Shown one piece after another: positions 58,056-64,000 of a stretch of DNA of 64,000 nucleotides; the first letter of the stretch is position 1; the number at the start of each line of letters is the position of its first letter. A program made the position numbers and the translations under genes. This DNA is from Macrostomum lignano. Taxonomy: Eukaryota. The notes under the pieces are model-generated. The model searched no databases. It had not been told where the DNA came from and worked only from the letters and a program-made list of their open reading frames with translations. The stretch lies in contig NIVC01003535.1 in NCBI GenBank assembly GCA_002269645.1, positions 28,425-92,424 of the forward strand. The letters run 5' to 3'.

Positions 58056-58974
58056 TGGCGTTCTTGGCGTCCTGAAGAAATGTTATTGATTACCACAACG
58101 GGTCACAAGGTGGGGTGGGGGGGGACAAAGCATTGGCATGTCCCCCATAGCTTTTACTGAGGGGGACATGTCCCCCCCCTGGTGGCGACGCACCTGATGG
58201 CCAGCTTTCAAGGCACAGAGAGAGTACATGCCAGACGATTAGAAAGTCTGGGCTGCTGTACACCCTGTGTGAGCGTGTGCATGAGCTCGTGCCTGAGTAC
58301 AGAATTGGCGCTCTTGAATGTGCTCAGAGTCAGCGGAATGAGCACAGCCCTCGTACGAAAATTTAAAGTTTTTCTCACCGGAGAAAAATCCAGTGCCCAG
58401 CGATCTAATTGTTATCAACGCGGAGAATCTGCTTTCTTAAAAACTGTTCCTATTGAATTCGCCTAGCATTGCGGATTTTGTATCTGATGCTTGCGGCTTT
58501 TGCCCAACTTACAGAACCGTAATTTGCATGAGCCTGCAGCAGTTGTTAAGCTTCACAATGCCTGGATTCCTAGGTCCTGTAATGACACAGTGAACCCTTG
58601 CTTTATTGTTCGAGAAGAAGTCTAGTGAATCTCTCCATTCCCTCACTCCCTTTTTTCCTATTAGTTCCCTCTGAGGATTATGCTCCCATCAATCTTCTGA
58701 CAAGTTCTGAAATAACTGACAAAGTTTTAAAGCACGGCTTTGAATTGCAGGAGTCCGAAGAGTTTTATTTCAGCTTGCCTGGCCGGTACAGATCTTGCTC
58801 TGTGACTTGACATTTTTATGGAGCTTTCGTAGCTTTGGGGAAAAGTTTTTTAGGGATAAATTAAATATAACCGTTGCCTTTGAATTTGATAGCGTTGTCG
58901 CTGTAGACTGAACTCGCTGCTGTGGCGTCTACTGATTGGCCTTCTCTGCTGCTGAGTCAATTAGCTGTCCTTGC

Positions 58975-61928
58975 TCATTCTTTGTCTTCTTCTGATCTGC
59001 CCGAACCTCCTAGCTTCTTCATGATCAGCGGGTCGAACTTCTTTCTCATGATCAGCGGGTCGAAGCGCTTCATGATCAGCGGGTCGAAGCGCTTCATGAT
59101 CAGCGGGTCGAAGCGCTTCATGATCAGCGGGTCGAAGCGCTTCATGATCAGCGGGTCGAAGCGCTTCATGATCAGCGGGTCAAACCTCTTTCTCATGATC
59201 AGCGGGTCGAACTTCTTTCTCATGATCAGCGGGTCGAACTTCTTTCTCATGATCAGCGGGTCGAAGCGCTTTATGATCAGCGGGTCGAAGCGCTTCATGA
59301 TCAGCGGTCAAAGCGCTTCATGATCAGCGGGTCGAAGCGCTTCATGATCAGCGGGTCAAACCTCTTTCTCATGATCAGCGGGTCGAACCTCTTTCTCATG
59401 ATCAGCGGGTCGAACCTCTTTCTCATGATCAGCGGGTCGAAGCGGCGCTCGACTTCAGCTTGAGAGTCGGCATCCTCGATTTGCTGCGGAATGAGAGAGG
59501 CGAATCAAATTTCTCTCTGTAGCGCCACGAAAAATTGAGTTAGTAAAGTAAAGTTGCTATAGAAGGACTGCCGAACTGGAATTAAGATTATGTTCTTAGC
59601 CAAGCCACCGGCTCAAGACAGATCAGGATAGTGCTGAGTGCGCGATTTTCGCTTTCTATAACACTCTTGGAGTTAATCAATTTTGTTTCGGAACGGCAGA
59701 AGCAATAACTCTTATTCGGGATTCTGGATTTTACTAACTGCACTGACTGAGCGGCTGACTTGATGGAAGCAGCTCCCGATGACACACCGTGCGAAAAATT
59801 TTTAGAGTCTTAATTTTCTTATTTTTTAGTCTGCCTTCTTCATGCTTTTAGTTCATTTAGCTGGGTAAGCTGATTGATCAGACTGAATTTTAACTGGTTA
59901 GCACTGCTGATATTCAGTTCTGTTAGCTAAGTTCAACTGTTTAGAAGCTGGCCATCAACACTTTGCACACCGCTGGGATCTGCTTAATGACTTTCATGCC
60001 ACTGATTTGATTAATTTGCTTTTTGACACCTTCGCCCCACCGGCCCCCTCTGACTCCCTCTCTGACCTCCCCTCTCTGACCTCCCCTCTCTAGCGGATTC
60101 CTGTCTGACCTCCCCTCTCTAGCGGATTCCTCTCTGACCTCCCCTCTCTAGCGGATTCCTGTCTGACCTCCCCTCTCTAGCGGATTCCTCTCTGACCTCC
60201 CCTCTCTAGCGGATTCCTCTCTGACCTCCCTCTCTAGCGGATTCCTGTCTGACCTCCCCTCTCTAGCGGATTCCTGTCTGACCTCCCCTCTCTGGCCTCC
60301 CCTCTCTAGCGGATTCCTGTCTGACCTCCCCTCTCTGGCCTCTCCTCTCTGACCTCCCCTTTCTGACCTCTCCTCTCTGACCTCCCTTCTCTAGCGGATT
60401 CCTATCTGACCTCCCCTCTCTGGCCTCCCCTCTCCAGCTGTCCCGTTCTCCAACTCCGTTTCAAAACTATCCACCGACCTCTCTTTGACCCCTGTAAATG
60501 TGCTGAACTTCAAGTTCAACATCGATACTCTCCATGTCTTTCCGAGCTCTGTGAACTGAGCTGTACAGAACGGTCACAATGTCTATTATCCACAATTGCC
60601 GGTTAAAAGCATTCTATTTTTGCTCATATTGTGTTGCTCTGATTGCCCGGCTTTTGCTAGATACGGGAGTTTCTTCCGAATTCTCTGCAGAAACGATTTT
60701 GTTTGTTCAGAATAGCGTCGTCTGGCAGGCAAAAAGTCGATCAGCCTAGATAAACCCGCGCCAAGGACGTCGATAAAGACCTGGACTAGAGTAAAACTTG
60801 TCCATAAATTGGATTGTTTTTTGGGGTTAAAGTCGAGAGAAGTCTGGCTTCTAGTCCAAGTGTTATGTAAAGAAGTCCTTGATACAAGCTGCATTGTTAA
60901 TCTCCTGTCTGCCGTGTGTTTCCAGGGCAAACAACTGCTGAGTTTAAAGCCCCAATTACGAGTAATGACACCCCGTTTTCTTCTTCTCTACAGGTGGATT
61001 AGAGTTATACTAATCCTCCTCCTACTGCAAACCTGCGGAAGCGATCGCCGTCTATGGCAGTCAATCGGGCCATCTCACCCTTCCCTCTCCCCTGTGTCAT
61101 CTCACCCCTTCTCTCTCCCCTGTGCCATCTCACCCTTCCCTCTCCCCTGTGCCATCTCACCCTTAATAACTCTCCCCTGTGCCATCTCACCCTTCACTCT
61201 CCCTGTGCCATCTCACCCCTCCTCTCTCCCTGTGCCATCTCACCCCTTCCTCTCCCCTGTGCCATCTCACCCCTCCTCTCTCCCCTGTGCCATCTCACCC
61301 CTTCCCTCTCCCCTGTGCCATCTCACCCTTCACTCTCCCCTGTGCCATCTCACCCCTTCCCTCTCCCCTGTGCCATCTCACCCCTTCTCTCTCCCTATGC
61401 CATCTCACCCCTGTCACTCCTGCCCTCCCTGTCACTCCTGCCCTCCCTCTCGCTCTCGCCCTCCCTCTCACTCCCGCCCTCCCTCTCACTCTCGCCCTCC
61501 CTCTCACTCCCGCCCTCCCTCTCACTCTCACCCTCCTCTCGCCCTCGCCCTCCCTCTCACTCCCGCCCTCCCTCTCACTCTCACCCTCCCTCTCGCCCTC
61601 CCTCTCACTCCCGCCCTCCCTCTCACTCCCGCCCTCCGTCTCGCTCTCGCCCTCCTCTCACTCCCGCCCTCCCTCTCGCTCTCACCCTCCCTCTCACTCT
61701 CGCCCTCCTCTCACTCTCGCCCTCCCTCTCACTCTCGCCCTCTCTCTCGCTCTCGCCCTCCCTCTCACTCCCGCCCTCCCTCTCGCTCCCGCCCTCCCTC
61801 TCGCTCTCGCCCTCCTTCTCGCTCTCGCCCTCCCTCTCGTCTCGCCATTCTCACCTTGAGGCTGGCAGGTGCACCAGACAGAGGGCGAGCACAGCCCACC
61901 AGATGGGCAGCTTGGTGCAGTGCTTCAT
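58975..61928 (-). CDS. Neuropeptide precursor with 17 FDPLI(M/I) peptides; 1-nt frameshift at ~59306
   Basis: Exon 61928-61855 encodes signal peptide MKHCTKLPIWWAVLALCLVHLPAS with donor AG|gtgaga. Last exon 59483-58975 follows a strong acceptor ctctctcattccgcag and reads QIEDADSQAEVERR-FDPLIM-RKR-FDPLIM-...-KK-LGGSGRSEEDKE*. The phases need a linking exon; candidate 61032-61011 (RFAVGGGL; acceptor cgcttccgcag, weak donor gtataa) is less certain. Confidence 0.8.
60050..60435. repeat. 29-bp minisatellite (neuropeptide gene intron)
   Basis: Unit ctgacctcccctctctagcggattcctgt. Confidence 0.92.
61070..61845. repeat. Two adjacent CT-rich arrays (~27-bp ccatctcacccct...cccctgtg, then ~18-bp ctctcactcccgccctcc) in neuropeptide gene intron 1
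   Basis: Direct reading; the unit changes near 61410. Confidence 0.9.
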
Positions 61929-62474
61929 GTCTCCTCAAAGCGGCAAGCAGGTTCTCCACAATGGGCTGCTCAGCTATGCAGTGGCGCGGCGCGTGTCTGC
62001 AAGATGGGAACAAAAGCGAGCGAGTAGTTGCGTCCTAGTTTTTTTTTCCTCGCCAATTAGGGTCCTAAAATTTTCCTCCCCATAAGTGTATTTAACTTCC
62101 CAATTCCCCTTCCCAATTAGTTCTATTCAAACTGTCGCTCCAGTAGTGCTTGAGTTGCACCCGAGTCTCGTAAGCCCGCTCTCATTGTCTGACACGCTTC
62201 TACTCAATTTGATGAGGCAGCTCATGAATTATTCAGCAATTCCTCGCTAAATGCTGCAGCACTTTCTTTGTCTCATCATTGCAGTTTCTTTTCATGGTGC
62301 ATTGTTCTGCCCAGAGCTGTCAACTGCGCCACAGCCTAGCCTTAGCCGTAGCCCTTTAAATAATGATAGCTCATAGAAATCTTCCCGTTGCCCTCAACTT
62401 TTGTTTTCCACTAATTTTCAAGCTCAATTCACGTCTATCACAAAAATATTTTGTTAATTTTCAACTTGCTTTTC

Positions 62475-64000
62475 CTTGAGCTCATCTTCATCTCCCCATT
62501 TTCATCTCAGTCTCTTCCCATCTTCATCTCAGTCTCTTCCCATCTTCGTCTCAGTCTCTCCCCATCTTCATCTCCCCATCTTCATCTCAGTCTCTTCCCA
62601 TCTTCATCTCAGTCTCTTCCCATCTTCATCTCCCGCATCTTCATCTCAGTCTCTTCCCATCTTCATCTCAGTCTCTCCCCATCTTCATCTCCCCATCTTC
62701 ATCTCAGTCTCTCCCCATCTTCATCTCCCCATCTTCCATCTTCGTCTCAGTCTCTTCCCATCTTCGTCTCAGTCTCTCCCATCTTCATCTCCCTCTCCCC
62801 ATCTTCATCTCCCTCTCTTCCTATCTTCATCTCAGTCTCTTCCCATCTTCATCTCCCTCTCTTCCTATCTTCATCTCAGTCTCTTCCCATCTTCATCTCC
62901 CTCTCTTCCTATCTTCATCTCAGTCTCTTCCATCCTCATCTCCCTCTTCCTATCTTCATCTCAGTCTCTTCCCATCTTCATCTCCCTCTCTTCCTATCTT
63001 CATCCCAGTCTCTTCCCATCTTCATCTCCGCTCTCTCCTATATTCATCTCAGTCTCTTCCCATCTTCATCTCCTCTCTTCCTATCTTCATCTCAGTCTCT
63101 TCCCATCTTCATCTCCTCTCTTCCTATCTTCATCTCAGTCTCTTCCCATCTTCATCTCCCTCTCTTCCTATCTTCATCTCAGTCTCTTCCCATCTTCATC
63201 TCCCTCTCTTCTATCTTCATCTCAGTCTCTTCGCCATCTTCATCTCGCCTCTCTTCCTATCTCATCTCAGTCTCTTCCCATCTTCATCTTAGTCTCTTCT
63301 TAATCTTCATCTCAGTCTCTTCCATCTTCATCTCAGTCCTCTTCCCATCTTCGTCTCAGTCTCTCCCCCATCTTCATCTCAGTCTCTTCCCCATCTTCAT
63401 CTCCTCTCTTCCTATCTTTCATCTCAGTCTCTTCCATCTTCATCTCAGTCTCTTCCTATCTTCATCTCAGTCTCTTCCCATCTTCATCTCCCTCTCTTCC
63501 TATCTTCATCCCAGTCTCTTCCCATCTTCATCTCCCTCTCTTCCTATCTTCATCTCAGTCTCTTCCCATCTTCATCTCCCTCTCTTCCTATCTTCATCTC
63601 AGTCTCTTCCCATCTTCATCTCAGTCTCTTCCTATCTTCATCTCAGTCTCTTCCCATCTTCATCTCCGCTCTCTTCTATCTTCATCCCAGTCTCTTCCAT
63701 CTTCATCTCCCTCTCTTCCTATCTTCATCTCAGTCTCTTCCCATCTTCATCTCAGTCTCTTCCCATCTTCATCTCAGTCTCTTCCCATCTTCATCTCCCT
63801 CTCTTCCTATCTTCATCTCAGTCTCGTTCCCATCTTCATCTCCCTCTCTTCCTATCTTCATGCTCAGTCTCTCCCCCATCTTCACTTAGTCTCTTCTCAT
63901 CTTCATCTCAGTCTCTCCCCATCTTCAATCTCCCTCTCTTCCTAATCTTCATCTCAGTCTCTCTCCCATCTTTATCTCCCTCTCTTCCTATCTTCATCTC
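62475..64000. repeat. CT-rich degenerate ~22-bp repeat (catcttcatctcagtctcttcc), running to the window end
   Basis: Direct reading. Confidence 0.93.

Larger units (their letters stand above)
56174..58196. mobile_element. TIR element shell (hAT-like ends) enclosing the 21-bp array and the mariner remnant
   Basis: Left catgggcgtcgcca and right tggcgacgcacctg (14-bp imperfect TIR); ggggacaaagc occurs near both ends and ggggacatgtcccc near the right end; no TSD found. Confidence 0.45.

Noticed and set aside
60430-60960. Extra neuropeptide exon or LINE fragment on the minus strand
   Set aside because: Candidate frames contain stops or lack usable donors, and no convincing RT/endonuclease motif was seen.
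10941-61928. Functional pairing of the FDPLIM peptide with the orphan chloride channel
   Set aside because: The genes are ~40 kb apart with unrelated genes between; linkage in animal genomes is not evidence of ligand-receptor pairing, and nothing in the sequence supports it.

Overview
Eukaryotic (invertebrate metazoan) genomic DNA with spliced genes; no CRISPR, rRNA or true tRNA genes were found. The short C/A-rich introns, GC-rich exons and dense minisatellites resemble a free-living flatworm such as Macrostomum (inference only). Four spliced genes were reconstructed by hand with consistent splice phases: (1) an 11-exon GlyR/GluCl-like Cys-loop chloride channel subunit (10941-19718, +, 439 aa); (2) a 3-exon orphan acidic protein (24222-26184, +, 230 aa); (3) a 14-exon CNOT1/Not1 (28570-53386, +, about 2574 aa, one 1-nt frameshift); (4) a neuropeptide precursor on the minus strand (58975-61928) with a signal peptide and 17 copies of FDPLI(M/I) between basic cleavage sites, which looks like a minisatellite on the + strand. 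The rest is a head-to-tail Helitron-like array with a nested hAT-like MITE, two SINE families, several MITEs, a decayed mariner transposase and many tandem arrays; every long CNOT1 intron carries its own repeat. A SINE copy in CNOT1 intron 1 has lost about 8 CpGs to TpG/CpA, pointing to local germline methylation.
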